A stretch of 64,000 nucleotides of DNA from a virus (IMGVR_UViG_2934069824_000002:14437-78436), one strand, 5' to 3'; positions 17,716 through 26,596 are shown, counted from the stretch's first letter. A program made the numbers and translations. The notes: generated by a model from the sequence alone, not told the origin.

Positions 17716-18662
17716 GCGCGGGCCTCGCTGTCCATCTGGCCGCGCATCGTCCGCAGCGCGCTGGTGAGGGCTTCGAGCTGGCTGATGGTGGAGTCGACGC
17801 CGTTGGCGTCGAGCCCGAGGACGTCGAGGTCACCGGCGGCGAGGTACACCTTCGGGCCGCTGGTGTAGGACTCGTCCTTGCCGAGGCTGGCGGTGATGCG
17901 GATGTCGTCGGCGGGGTGGCCGTCGGACAGGGTGATGGTGGTCTCGTGCCCGGCGTGCTCGATGTAGCTGCCGCCGCCCTCGTGCTCGTCGTACTGGTGG
18001 GTGATGCACTCGGCGACGTTGCACCACGGGTAGTGGCCAAGGTCGGCCAGCGGGCTGGGGAGCTGGGGGACGGTGCCCTGGGCGATCGCGGCCAGGTGGT
18101 CGCGCTGGGCCCGGAGCCGGGGGAGGAACTGCTCCAGGTCGGCGGTGAGCTGGTCGGCTCCGGCGACGTCGAGGTCGGCGTCTGCGCTGGGCTGTGTGAA
18201 CACGGCGATCCGGGCGGTGGGGTCGCCGGGCTTCGGGTCGTCGAGGTGGTAGATCTCCGAGCTGATGAGGGCTCCGCTCGCACCGGCGGCGGTGACGGAG
18301 TACGTCTCGGTGCCGGGTTCCAGCGGGGCCCGGCCGTCGACGATGTCGGCGAGCACGGCCACGGCGTCGAGGTGGCGGTGGAGCTCAGCGACCCGGGCCC
18401 GGGTCTGCGCGGCGGTGAGGTTCAGGTCGAGCCATCCGACGCTGATGTCGACGCCGTCGGGGCCGTCCTCGGCCATGACGTTGGCGAGGAGGACGCAGTC
18501 GCCGTACCCGTCGACGGTGGGGGCCTCGACGTAAGCGGTGAGGTGCATCGAGTGGTCGCCGGTCTCGGCGCACCAGGCGTAGGCCCCGCACGGCGCGGCG
18601 GCGGCCGGTTCCGTCTGGCCGAGGTTCAGCTGTCGGGTGTCGGTGGCGTCTGAGATACTCAT
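17712..18662 (-). CDS. Protein with repeated WC..H (DUF6907-like) domains
   Basis: YAWCAETGDH and YPWC..C..H units each followed by a helical segment. Confidence 0.65.
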   Translation of the reverse strand: MSISDATDTRQLNLGQTEPAAAAPCGAYAWCAETGDHSMHLTAYVEAPTVDGYGDCVLLANVMAEDGPDGVDISVGWLDLNLTAAQTRARVAELHRHLDAVAVLADIVDGRAPLEPGTETYSVTAAGASGALISSEIYHLDDPKPGDPTARIAVFTQPSADADLDVAGADQLTADLEQFLPRLRAQRDHLAAIAQGTVPQLPSPLADLGHYPWCNVAECITHQYDEHEGGGSYIEHAGHETTITLSDGHPADDIRITASLGKDESYTSGPKVYLAAGDLDVLGLDANGVDSTISQLEALTSALRTMRGQMDSEARA

Positions 18663-18685
18663 GGTGGATCGGCCCTCTCTGCTAT

Positions 18686-18973
18686 TCACGTGGTCTGGTT
18701 GGTCGGTTCGCTCGAAGCCGTCGCAGTTACCGCTGCGGCGGCTTCGCTGGTTTCCGGGGAGATGTGGAGGACGCGGTGCAGGTCCGCCGTGATCGCCCGG
18801 TAGGCCCTGCCTGCCCGGATGACCTGGCACGGGAACTCGCCGGCCTTGGCCAATGCGTACGCGGTCGAGCGCCCCAGGCCGAAGGCGCGCGCTGCCGTCT
18901 CCAGGCCCACGACCGCCGGAAGCTCCAGCAGCTCAGCGCGGGTCAAGGAACGCCGGTCAGTGACTGTTGTCAT
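18686..18973 (-). CDS. Excisionase/Cro-like HTH protein (RDF candidate)
   Basis: LPAVVGLETAARAFGLGRSTAYALAKAGEFP; divergent from the repressor. Confidence 0.8.
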   Translation of the reverse strand: MTTVTDRRSLTRAELLELPAVVGLETAARAFGLGRSTAYALAKAGEFPCQVIRAGRAYRAITADLHRVLHISPETSEAAAAVTATASSEPTNQTT

Positions 18974-19097
18974 TATTCGTGACACTCCTTGCGGAAGTTG
19001 CTTCCTGGGGAAGTGGTCCGAGTCTGAGCTGTGGTCCAGTCGCTGTCAAGCTGTGTTGTCTTGTGCGAGCACAGAAAGCGTGCGAGCGTCTCCCCTG

Positions 19098-19131
19098 TGA
19101 CACAGGATCCGGGCTAGGGCATCCTGTGTCA
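19098..19131. promoter_or_regulatory. Operator of the prophage A switch
   Basis: TGACACAGGAT-N12-ATCCTGTGTCA; a further half-site TGACACAGGA overlaps the repressor start at 19171. Confidence 0.7.
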
Positions 19132-19169
19132 GATAGTCCACACACAGAGATCAGGGGAGTCTTGCCGTC

Positions 19170-20036
19170 ATGACACAGGAGACCAGCGATGTGAGCTGGC
19201 CTGCGCGCCTCGCGCTGGCGATCGCCAGCGAAGTGCGTCGGCACCGCCAAGCGCAGCGCCTGAGTGCTCAGCAGCTCTCCGACCGCTGCGCGGAGCTCGG
19301 CATGCCCATCCAGCGCTCTGTGCTGGCGAACCTTGAGAGCGGTCGCCGGACCACGGTGACCGTTGCTGAGGTGCTCGTGCTGGCGGAAGCGCTTGAAGTG
19401 GCGCCAGCGGCGCTCATGTTCCCAGCGGGCTACAGCCAGGAAGTGGAGGTTCTGCCATCAGTCGAAGTCAGTCCACTTCGCGCGGTCGATTGGCTCGGCG
19501 GCTACACGAAGCTGAGCGGTTTCCCGAAGCATCGATCGAATTCTCCGCTGGTTGCCTTGAGACGTCATCGGATGATCGTGTCGGAGCTCCGTACAGCACT
19601 TCATGACCGCGAAAAGCAGAGGGCTGAGGCTCTGTTGGCGCGACGTCGGGCAACTGACGTGCAGCGTCGGCAGCAGCTTAAGCAAGTGCTGGTGCTTGAC
19701 CTTGAGGAGAAGATCGCGAACTCCGCTCCAGAGGCGGCGGACCTACAGGATGAGCTGGAGAAGCGGCGCGTTGAAGTAGCAGCTGCACGAGCGGAAGCTG
19801 CGCAAGCGGAGCAGGCCGCTGAGTTCATGGCCTACAAGGTGGAAGCTGGCGAAGACGTCATTTCGCTTCTTGCTGGGCGACTAGGTAAAGCTCAGAAACA
19901 AATCGAGGAAAACGGGTGGCTGGCGCCACCGTTGCCTGAAGATGTATGGCGAATTGTGCAGCAACGCGCCGATCTGGAGACCTTGGCAGGGATTCGTACC
20001 CCGCCTGCTCTTCTTCGCGATGGGGACCCGCTTTGA
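19170..20036 (+). CDS. XRE-family immunity repressor with coiled-coil C-terminus
   Basis: LSAQQLSDRC...RSVLANLESGRR HTH; position next to the integrase. Confidence 0.85.
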   Translation: MTQETSDVSWPARLALAIASEVRRHRQAQRLSAQQLSDRCAELGMPIQRSVLANLESGRRTTVTVAEVLVLAEALEVAPAALMFPAGYSQEVEVLPSVEVSPLRAVDWLGGYTKLSGFPKHRSNSPLVALRRHRMIVSELRTALHDREKQRAEALLARRRATDVQRRQQLKQVLVLDLEEKIANSAPEAADLQDELEKRRVEVAAARAEAAQAEQAAEFMAYKVEAGEDVISLLAGRLGKAQKQIEENGWLAPPLPEDVWRIVQQRADLETLAGIRTPPALLRDGDPL

Positions 20037-20059
20037 GTGTGCCAAGCGCGTAGCGATTT

Positions 20060-21559
20060 TTACCGCTTCCAGCGCGTCTCGACTGCTTCGTAGTCGAAGT
20101 ACCCGCCGTCCGGCATACGGCCCTGGCGCGGCGGGCGCAGCGTCACCTCCAGCAGGGCCTGCAGCACCTTGCGCTGCCGTCCCAGCTCGCACGCTTCCCA
20201 CGCCGCCCGCACGTCCTTCACGCCGACCAGGCCGACGAGCGGGTCCTTCACCGCAGCCCGGGCCAGCTGCGCCGTCACGCCCTCCAGCTGGGCGCGCGCG
20301 ACGTCGGAGCCTTCGGTGAACTGGGCCATGCTGATCTGCCCGGACCCGAACATCGCCGCGAGGTCGGTCAGCCGCCGGCGGATGGTCTCGCTCTCGACCT
20401 GGAGCTTGCCCACGTTGATGCCGTCCGGGGTGGGCCCCAGCAGGTCGACCGCGTCCGGCTTCGACAGCCGCTCGACGAGCAGGTCCTGGATGTACGCGTC
20501 GAGGACCGCCGCGTTCCGGCCGCCGCCGTGGTTGTCCTGGCACCGGTAGCTGGGCGCCCCGGATCCGCCGACCTTGGTGTTGCGCACGGTGGTCTTGCAC
20601 CCCAGTCGCCCGCACTTGTAGATCAGGGAGCCGAACCACTTCACCTCGGAGCCGGTGGTGGTCACCCGGTTCGGGTCCGTGAGGATCGCGACGACCGCCC
20701 GGAACTTCGGCTCGGGCACTGCCGGCTCCCACAGGCCGCGGCCGATCTCCTCGCCCTGGTAGATGGCGATGCCTGCGTTGCGCGGCCGGAGCAGCAGGTC
20801 CCGTGCCGCGTTGTGCGTGATCGGTCGGCCCGTGGTGGACAGCAGCCCCTTGGCGGCGAGCCACCGCGCCCAGCCCTTCACCGACCCGGCGGCCAGGATC
20901 ATGTCCGTGCCGGCTTCGAGGGCTGCTCCCTCCTCGGGGACCAGCTTGGTCATGTCGAGCACGGGCACGTCGATCTCCTCGTCGGTGCCCTTGATCGCCT
21001 TCTTACGGGTCTCTCCGGTGGGCATGCCCCACCCGAACGGCCTAAGCCCGCCGCCGAACTTTCCGGCCTTCGCCTTCTGGAGTCGGGCACGGGCCACGCG
21101 CTCGGCCTTGTGCTCGGACTCGTGCCGGGCGACGGCTCCGTGGATGCGGGCGGTCATCCGGCCGGACGATGTGGAGAGGTCGAGCTCACCGGCCTGGCAG
21201 GTGTGGGTGTCGACGCCGCGCCGCTGGCTGAGGTCGATGTACTCCTCCAGCTCGGTGGGGGAGCGGTGCAGGCGGTCGGTGTGCCAGGCGACGACGACGG
21301 TGGCGGTGCCGAGTTCGAGGTCGGCGAGCATCCGGCGGTAGTCCTTGCGGGGCTTCCCGCTGTACGCGGAGAGGTCGTTGTCGACGTACACCTCGACGAC
21401 TTCCCAGCCGCGTGACTCGGCGAGCGCCTCGCAGTCTTCGCGCTGCCGGTCGACGCCGAGGTGCGCGCCGGTCCGGTCCTGGCTGATGCGGACGTAGATG
21501 ACGGCGCGGGGCGTCCCGCCGTTGGCGACGGAGACGGCGCTTCGCAGGCGGCGGCTCAT
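20060..21559 (-). CDS. Large serine integrase A
   Basis: YVRIS catalytic motif, DRLHRS, recombinase domain, CxxxxC...C Zn ribbon; start MSRRL. Confidence 0.95.
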   Translation of the reverse strand: MSRRLRSAVSVANGGTPRAVIYVRISQDRTGAHLGVDRQREDCEALAESRGWEVVEVYVDNDLSAYSGKPRKDYRRMLADLELGTATVVVAWHTDRLHRSPTELEEYIDLSQRRGVDTHTCQAGELDLSTSSGRMTARIHGAVARHESEHKAERVARARLQKAKAGKFGGGLRPFGWGMPTGETRKKAIKGTDEEIDVPVLDMTKLVPEEGAALEAGTDMILAAGSVKGWARWLAAKGLLSTTGRPITHNAARDLLLRPRNAGIAIYQGEEIGRGLWEPAVPEPKFRAVVAILTDPNRVTTTGSEVKWFGSLIYKCGRLGCKTTVRNTKVGGSGAPSYRCQDNHGGGRNAAVLDAYIQDLLVERLSKPDAVDLLGPTPDGINVGKLQVESETIRRRLTDLAAMFGSGQISMAQFTEGSDVARAQLEGVTAQLARAAVKDPLVGLVGVKDVRAAWEACELGRQRKVLQALLEVTLRPPRQGRMPDGGYFDYEAVETRWKR

Positions 21560-21903
21560 GAGCGGTCGCCGTGGTCCGGGGCCTGGCACTGCCGCAGGGC
21601 GAAGTCCCAGTACCAGGAACTGCCGTTGACGTAGAGGCGCGTCCAGCCCGCGCGGATGCGGTCCACAGGGAGGCCGGGCATCTGGACCTCGACGTGCCGC
21701 CCGTCGGTCATTCCGAGGTCGAAGGCGAACCTGCCCTCGCCGTAGTCGGCGAGGGGGGTGCGGTCGATCGAGGCCACGGCCAGGCCGTGCTCCTTGGCCA
21801 GGTCGGCGATGAACGTCTGGATGTTCTCGGCGGCCTGCTGCTCGGTCGCCCCTTCGACGGGGCCGGAGCCCGGGTTGATGAACGTCATCTTCCGAGTGTC
21901 CAT
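21556..21903 (-). CDS. Hypothetical protein coupled to the integrase
   Basis: ATGA overlap with the integrase start; protein-like sequence (RLYVNGSSWYW). Confidence 0.6.
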   Translation of the reverse strand: MDTRKMTFINPGSGPVEGATEQQAAENIQTFIADLAKEHGLAVASIDRTPLADYGEGRFAFDLGMTDGRHVEVQMPGLPVDRIRAGWTRLYVNGSSWYWDFALRQCQAPDHGDRS

Positions 21904-21930
21904 CACTAAGGGTGTCTCTGCCAGAGTTTC

Positions 21931-22172
21931 GGGAAGACGACGCTCCTCGCCAGCCTGCTGGGCGCGGTCGGGGTGAACGAGCGGATCGTGCTCGCCGAGG
22001 ACTCCGCCGAACTGCGGCCGGACCATCCGCATGTGGTCCGCCTGGAGTCCCGTCCCGCCAATCAGGAGGGAGCGGGCCGGGTGACTTTGCGAGATCTGGT
22101 GCGGCAGGCACTGCGCATGCGGCCCGACCGGCTGGTGGTCGGAGAGGTGCGGGGCGCTGAAGTCACCCAGCT
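21931..22172 (+). pseudogene. tadA: Internal fragment of host TadA/CpaF-family ATPase flanked by two att junctions
   Basis: [11 protein letters not shown]...[12 protein letters not shown]...[23 protein letters not shown]; similarity stops abruptly on both sides. Confidence 0.9.
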
Positions 22173-22245
22173 GACTGGTAAGAAACCACCAATACAAGCG
22201 CTACGTGATTACCCCTGGTCAGAGGCCTTCCTGCCTCAAGCATGA

Positions 22246-22277
22246 CTGAACCCCGGCGCCGTCGCGCCGGGGTTCAG
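22246..22277. terminator. 14-bp perfect stem-loop just inside prophage B
   Basis: CTGAACCCCGGCGC-CGTC-GCGCCGGGGTTCAG, directly after the TGA (22243..22245) that ends tadA read-through. Confidence 0.6.
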
Positions 22278-22496
22278 CAGCCGCTCCCCGCCCTGCCGGG
22301 GGAGGAAGAGGGGGAGGGCTGATCGGGGCCCCTCCATCAGAGGGGAGCGTCGGCGGCCCAGTCGAGTCGTCGGCGCCGACTTCACTCGAACGAGTGAGCG
22401 AATTCGACAGCTTCACCGTACACGCAGCGTGCTTGATCGGCAGATTTAAGGTCAACCCTAAAGACAAACGATCATGGCCCCGGTGAGCGTTGCCGG

Positions 22497-22736
22497 GTGT
22501 ACCACGAGCCGCTGCCTCCCGACCGCGTCCGGGCCCGGCGCCTGCAGATCGCGGACAACATCCGCGCAGCCCGCATCTACACGGGCTACACCCAGGAGGA
22601 GGCCAGCATCCGGGCAGGCATTTCGCTCGACAGCTACAACCGGATCGAGCAGGGGCACGCGTCCCCCAGGATCGACACCCTGATCAAGATTGCGGACGGC
22701 ATCGGCGTGGAGCTCGAGACCTTCGTACGCAGGTAG
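22497..22736 (+). CDS. XRE-family HTH regulator
   Basis: TQEEASIRAGISLDSYNRIEQG...TLIKIA. Confidence 0.85.
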   Translation: MYHEPLPPDRVRARRLQIADNIRAARIYTGYTQEEASIRAGISLDSYNRIEQGHASPRIDTLIKIADGIGVELETFVRR

Positions 22737-22765
22737 GCCCCCGGCCACTGCTCGGTCGGGGGCCT
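22735..22765. terminator. Hairpin between convergent genes
   Basis: aggcccccggcc...ggtcgggggcct. Confidence 0.6.
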
Positions 22766-22773
22766 GCCTGTGC

Positions 22774-23874
22774 CTACGCCCTGCTGGGCTGGACGACCAG
22801 GTGCGGATCGCGCAGCCACACCTGATGGCCGCGGGGTGTCACGGTCAGGCCGAACTGGTCGGCGTCGGGTCGGCCGGCCTCTTCGTACTCCCGCCAGGCC
22901 CGCTCGATCTCCTCCCACAGGAAGCCGGGCCCGTACTGCAGCACCTCCTCGCCGGTGGCGGCCATGACTCCCGCCCCGTCCACGCTGCTCACCCAGACCC
23001 GGGCACCGTCGGCGGTCTCGTGGCCGGAGACCCGGACACCGGGCATCCTCGCCCCGGCGTACAGAGCGAACCCGAGGTCGAGAATCCGCGCGGGGTCCAG
23101 GCCTGCGGCCCGGGCCCGACCGCTGCCCGTGATCTCGTGGTGGACCGGGCGGTGCGAGCGCATCGGCATGTACATCGCCGAGCCGCAGAACGGGCCGACT
23201 GCGGTCCCGTCGCCCTGGACGTGGAGTTGGACCAGCGCACCGGACCAGAAGTCGCGGGCGAGCGGGGCCACGATGACCCCGCCGGGCCGGACCTGCCCGA
23301 CGAGCGCGTACGGGATGTATCGCAGCGCGCACGTGGCGATGACGCGGTCGACCAAGCCCATGCCGGGGATCGCCTCCGCACCGTCGCCGACGTGGAGGTG
23401 CGGCCGGTATCCGGATCCGGCGATGGCATCGGCGGCCTGCTGCGCCAGCACGGGGTCCACCTCGACGCTGTAGACCTGCTCGTCGCCGAGCCGCTCGCTG
23501 AGCAGCGCGGCAACGTACCCGGTCCCGGTGCCGATCTCGAGGACCCGGTGACCGTCCTCGACTCCGAGGAGCCCGAGCATCCGGGCCACCATCGACGGCT
23601 GCGAGTTCGACGACGTCGCGATGCCGGGTCCGCCCACGGCCCCGTCGTCGAGCTGGGTGACTACCGGCTCGTCGCTGTTCACCAAGGCCAGCCAGTCGTC
23701 TGTCCCTACCACCGGCTCGCACCGGTCGGGGAGCTGACGCCAGATGTCCGCCGGCACGAACTGACTGCGGGGAACGGCCTCCCAGACCTGCCGCCAGCGG
23801 GCATCGAGCAGCCTGCGATCGGCGAGGTCCTGGACGAGGGCCGGGTACGTGCCGGTCTCCTGCGCCGTGCTCAC
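22774..23874 (-). CDS. PIMT-like (protein-L-isoaspartate O-methyltransferase family) RiPP methyltransferase
   Basis: TSSNSQP, VLEIGTGTGY SAM motif, C-terminal extension LWEEIE...FGLTVT...VWL; GTGA overlap with the precursor stop. Confidence 0.88.
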   Translation of the reverse strand: MSTAQETGTYPALVQDLADRRLLDARWRQVWEAVPRSQFVPADIWRQLPDRCEPVVGTDDWLALVNSDEPVVTQLDDGAVGGPGIATSSNSQPSMVARMLGLLGVEDGHRVLEIGTGTGYVAALLSERLGDEQVYSVEVDPVLAQQAADAIAGSGYRPHLHVGDGAEAIPGMGLVDRVIATCALRYIPYALVGQVRPGGVIVAPLARDFWSGALVQLHVQGDGTAVGPFCGSAMYMPMRSHRPVHHEITGSGRARAAGLDPARILDLGFALYAGARMPGVRVSGHETADGARVWVSSVDGAGVMAATGEEVLQYGPGFLWEEIERAWREYEEAGRPDADQFGLTVTPRGHQVWLRDPHLVVQPSRA

Positions 23875-24005
23875 TGGGCGCGCTTCTGCGGGCGGCTGCC
23901 GTCGGGGGACGGGGCAGGTGCCGGGTCCGGCTTCCACGGCGTGTCGGACGGCTGCCCGCCGTGCTTGCCGTCGTCGGCCTGCTGGGGCGTCTGGGGATTC
24001 GTCAT
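23871..24005 (-). CDS. 44-aa putative RiPP precursor (MTNPQTPQQADDGKHGGQPSDTPWKPDPAPAPSPDGSRPQKRAQ)
   Basis: Hand translation; translationally coupled on both sides; two Asp-Gly motifs. Confidence 0.75.
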   Translation of the reverse strand: MTNPQTPQQADDGKHGGQPSDTPWKPDPAPAPSPDGSRPQKRAQ

Positions 24006-24214
24006 CGGTCTGCCCTTCGTCCAGGACCGCCGGGTGCGGCGGCCAGGTGGTCCGCAGGGGCGACGCGCTGTCGGGCCTCACGCCACTTCCGGCCGAGCTT
24101 GGAGGCGGTGGCGCACGCCGTGCCTGCTCGGCATCCGGCGCAGGTCCTGGTGTGGCGCAGCCACTTCCTGTACGCCGCGTCGCCCGGTGCGGTCTGTAAG
24201 GTCTCGGCGCTCAT
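24002..24214 (-). CDS. Small HxxxCxxC-C protein
   Basis: YRKWLRHTRTCAGC....C; AGGGG RBS. Confidence 0.65.
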   Translation of the reverse strand: MSAETLQTAPGDAAYRKWLRHTRTCAGCRAGTACATASKLGRKWREARQRVAPADHLAAAPGGPGRRADR

Positions 24215-24360
24215 GGGTGCTCGCCCCCTACGGGATGGGTTGCGGCACCGGTCGATCCTGGCGGGGGGACCGGTGCCGCTGGTTACTGGGATCACGCTAG
24301 GTGCCCGCGCGATCACACCCCAGGGGCGAACCCCACCACTCTAAGCGGCCGCACCCCACC

Positions 24361-24385
24361 GAGGTAGGGCGCTACGTCCTACCTC
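24361..24385. promoter_or_regulatory. Palindrome upstream of the methyltransferase operon
   Basis: GAGGTAGG-gcgctacgt-CCTACCTC. Confidence 0.5.
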
Positions 24386-25589
24386 ACAGGGCCGGGTCAA
24401 CGCCGAGCCGCGACGCGAGGCCGCGAAGCGAGGAGTTCCGCCGGCGCTCGGCCTCGAGCATCTCCCGCACCGTCGCCGCCGCCCCGGCCTGGAACCGGAT
24501 CCACTCCGGCTGATCGGTCTCCACCTCCAGGAGCAGCGTCAGCGCACCCTCGTTGTCGCCGGTCTGGTAACGGGCCTGCGCCACGTCCACCCGGTACGAC
24601 GCCGAGTGCACCGGACGGCTGATGTTGCCGAGGTGGACATCGGCGGCGGCGTCCAGCGCAACGTTCGGCATGCCGTCGGTGCCAGCCAGGGCTGCATTCA
24701 CCTTCTGCGTCAGCACGTCGGTCACGCTGAACGCGGTCCCGTACGCGCGGACCGGGCCGGACTGCACGGCAGCACCCTCGGCCAACCCGAGCAGGTAGAG
24801 CGCCTCCTCGTGCTGGTCGGCACGTGCGTACGGCGTCGCCGCTGCGATCAAGAGATTTCCGTAGACGGCGAGCTGGTCCGCTGTCGCACCGCGCCGCCGC
24901 GGCTCGAGCTGGTCTGCCTTCCGTTCCGCGATGTCCCGCGCCTGCTCCCACCGGCCCTGACGCAAAAGGACCCAGGACAGCGTCGATACGCCCATGCCCT
25001 CAAGCAGCGGATCGGACGCCCGCGCGGCGGCAGACAGTTGCTTCTCCACCGCGGTGTACGCCCAGTCGGGATGACCGGCCTGGGTAGAGAGGGACGCGGC
25101 CAGCTGGTAGGCGAGGGCGAGACTCCGCCACACGCTCTCGGTGTCGTGCTGGCGCGCGGTGGCGCGGCCGTCCCGGAGCAGGCCCGGCAGTACGCCAGCG
25201 AGCTCGGAGTAGCCACCGGTCCAGTACGTGTCGGTGGCGGCCGTCACCTGCCGCGCCCACTCGGCAGGGCTCGGCGGGTCCTCGAGGTCCTCGTCGCCCA
25301 GAATGCCGGGCAGTGACCCGGGATCCTGGATCGCGTCGCGCATGGCCAGGAGGCCGCCGTCAGGGGGAAGTTCGCTGGTCACGGTGGGCTGTCCTACGAG
25401 GCGCTCGAGCTGGACGTCCAGCGCCCGCGCGATACTGCGCAGAGTGTTGATCCGCGCGGCCTGCCGTCGGTTCTGCTCAAGCTTCCGGATGGTGTCGATG
25501 GACACTCCGGACCGGTCGGCCAGCGTTTCCTGGGTGATGTCGCGGAACTCTCGCAACGCGCGGATGCGGTCGCCAATGGACGTATTCAT
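24384..25589 (-). CDS. XRE-HTH plus TPR-like transcriptional regulator
   Basis: N-terminal TQETLADRSGVSIDTIRKLEQ followed by ~300 aa of helical repeats. Confidence 0.88.
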   Translation of the reverse strand: MNTSIGDRIRALREFRDITQETLADRSGVSIDTIRKLEQNRRQAARINTLRSIARALDVQLERLVGQPTVTSELPPDGGLLAMRDAIQDPGSLPGILGDEDLEDPPSPAEWARQVTAATDTYWTGGYSELAGVLPGLLRDGRATARQHDTESVWRSLALAYQLAASLSTQAGHPDWAYTAVEKQLSAAARASDPLLEGMGVSTLSWVLLRQGRWEQARDIAERKADQLEPRRRGATADQLAVYGNLLIAAATPYARADQHEEALYLLGLAEGAAVQSGPVRAYGTAFSVTDVLTQKVNAALAGTDGMPNVALDAAADVHLGNISRPVHSASYRVDVAQARYQTGDNEGALTLLLEVETDQPEWIRFQAGAAATVREMLEAERRRNSSLRGLASRLGVDPAL

Positions 25590-25634
25590 GTGGACCCCCG
25601 CCAGAAGGTTGAATCCACGGTACTCCGAAACGCA

Positions 25635-25670
25635 GAAATGCCCCCCACCGCCGAAGCGGTGGGGGCGTTC
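25635..25670 (-). terminator. Intrinsic terminator ending the late operon
   Basis: GCCCCCACCGC-TTCG-GCGGTGGGGGGC-ATTTC on the minus strand. Confidence 0.75.
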
Positions 25671-26306
25671 TCACGGGCGGCGGCGGGTGGGGTCCAGGGC
25701 GAGGGCGAGCGGGCTGGGTGTGCTGGCGGGTTCCTCCGGCTGCGACGGTGTGGTCCGCCGGCAGACGAGGGCGTCCGGGTCGGTGGGCGGCGGCTGCAGG
25801 GTGTACCCGTCCGGGCAGGTCTGACCATCGGCACCATCGCGCCCGTCAACGCCGTCCTTCCCGTCCTTGCCGACCCCGTCCTTCCCGGCGGGCCCTGGCG
25901 GGCCAGCAGGCCCCGCGGGGCCCGTCGGGCCGGGGACCACCGAGTCGGCCCCGGCCTGACCGGCCGCGCCGGACGGGCCGGGGATCGGCGTCGCCGCTGC
26001 CCCGTCGCGTCCGTCTTCCCCAACTCCGGCCTTTCCCGGAGGACCGGACGAGCCCGGCGGACCGGGTGGGCCGGACGGGCCGACGAGGCTCTCGCCCGGC
26101 TCGCCGCGCGTCCCCGGCGGCCCGGCGACGGGGGACGCCCCGAGGCGCTCGACCTGCTGCGCCAGCTGGTCCCGGGCGAGGTTCGCCGCTCGGAGGTCGG
26201 AGGCGAGGTCCTGCACCGTGAGGATCGCCGCCCCGGCGAGCAGCGCGCCCAGGAGCGTGAGCAGGTTGCCGAGCCAGGGCCGGGCGTGCTCGCGTCGGTG
26301 CGTCAT
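25671..26306 (-). CDS. Membrane-anchored collagen-like protein of the lysis cassette
   Basis: N-terminal TM, short coiled coil, Gly-X-Y repeats, CPDGY...C. Confidence 0.8.
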   Translation of the reverse strand: MTHRREHARPWLGNLLTLLGALLAGAAILTVQDLASDLRAANLARDQLAQQVERLGASPVAGPPGTRGEPGESLVGPSGPPGPPGSSGPPGKAGVGEDGRDGAAATPIPGPSGAAGQAGADSVVPGPTGPAGPAGPPGPAGKDGVGKDGKDGVDGRDGADGQTCPDGYTLQPPPTDPDALVCRRTTPSQPEEPASTPSPLALALDPTRRRP

Positions 26307-26596
26307 GCTCCGGCCCCCTTCACGGTCATGGCGAGGTACGGGAGCAGCGCGACCACGACGGTGATGACGACGCCGATCATCCACCGGCGGGTCGCGATGA
26401 GCTTGTCGGTGTCCTTCTCCCGTTGCGTCTCCAGCGCGGTCACGCGGGAGGCGATCTGCTCTTTCTCGATCGTGTAGACGTCGCGCGGGACGACGGCGTC
26501 GAGCCGCGCGTTCAGGTTCCCCAGGTCCTCGCGTACGTCGTCGCGCAGGGACTGGATGAGCCGCCCGAGCTCGCCGTTCGACGGCTCATCAGCCAT
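26303..26596 (-). CDS. Coiled-coil protein with C-terminal TM (lysis cassette)
   Basis: MADEPSNGELGRL...RRWMIGVVITVVVALL. Confidence 0.75.
   Translation of the reverse strand: MADEPSNGELGRLIQSLRDDVREDLGNLNARLDAVVPRDVYTIEKEQIASRVTALETQREKDTDKLIATRRWMIGVVITVVVALLPYLAMTVKGAGA

Larger units (their letters stand above)
1..21930 (-). mobile_element. Prophage A (right part; tail/lysis end lies outside the window)
   Basis: Contiguous head-terminase-HNH-early-replication-repressor-serine integrase gene order; ends where the host tadA fragment begins. Confidence 0.93.

Noticed and set aside
21973-22245. 90-aa ORF as a stand-alone gene
   Set aside because: It is the tadA fragment reading into phage att-arm sequence; similarity begins upstream of the GTG
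22382-22397. Palindrome TCACTCG-AA-CGAGTGA as a LexA or BldD box
   Set aside because: Spacing does not fit either consensus as I recall them; function unassigned
22774-23874. Housekeeping pcm repair enzyme or DNA methyltransferase
   Set aside because: Has the C-terminal extension and coupled small peptide typical of RiPP-associated PIMT homologues; no DNA MTase catalytic motifs
24384-25589. Bona fide arbitrium (AimR/AimP) system
   Set aside because: The adjacent peptide lacks a signal sequence, and XRE-TPR regulators of this type are common in actinomycetes; only an analogy is kept
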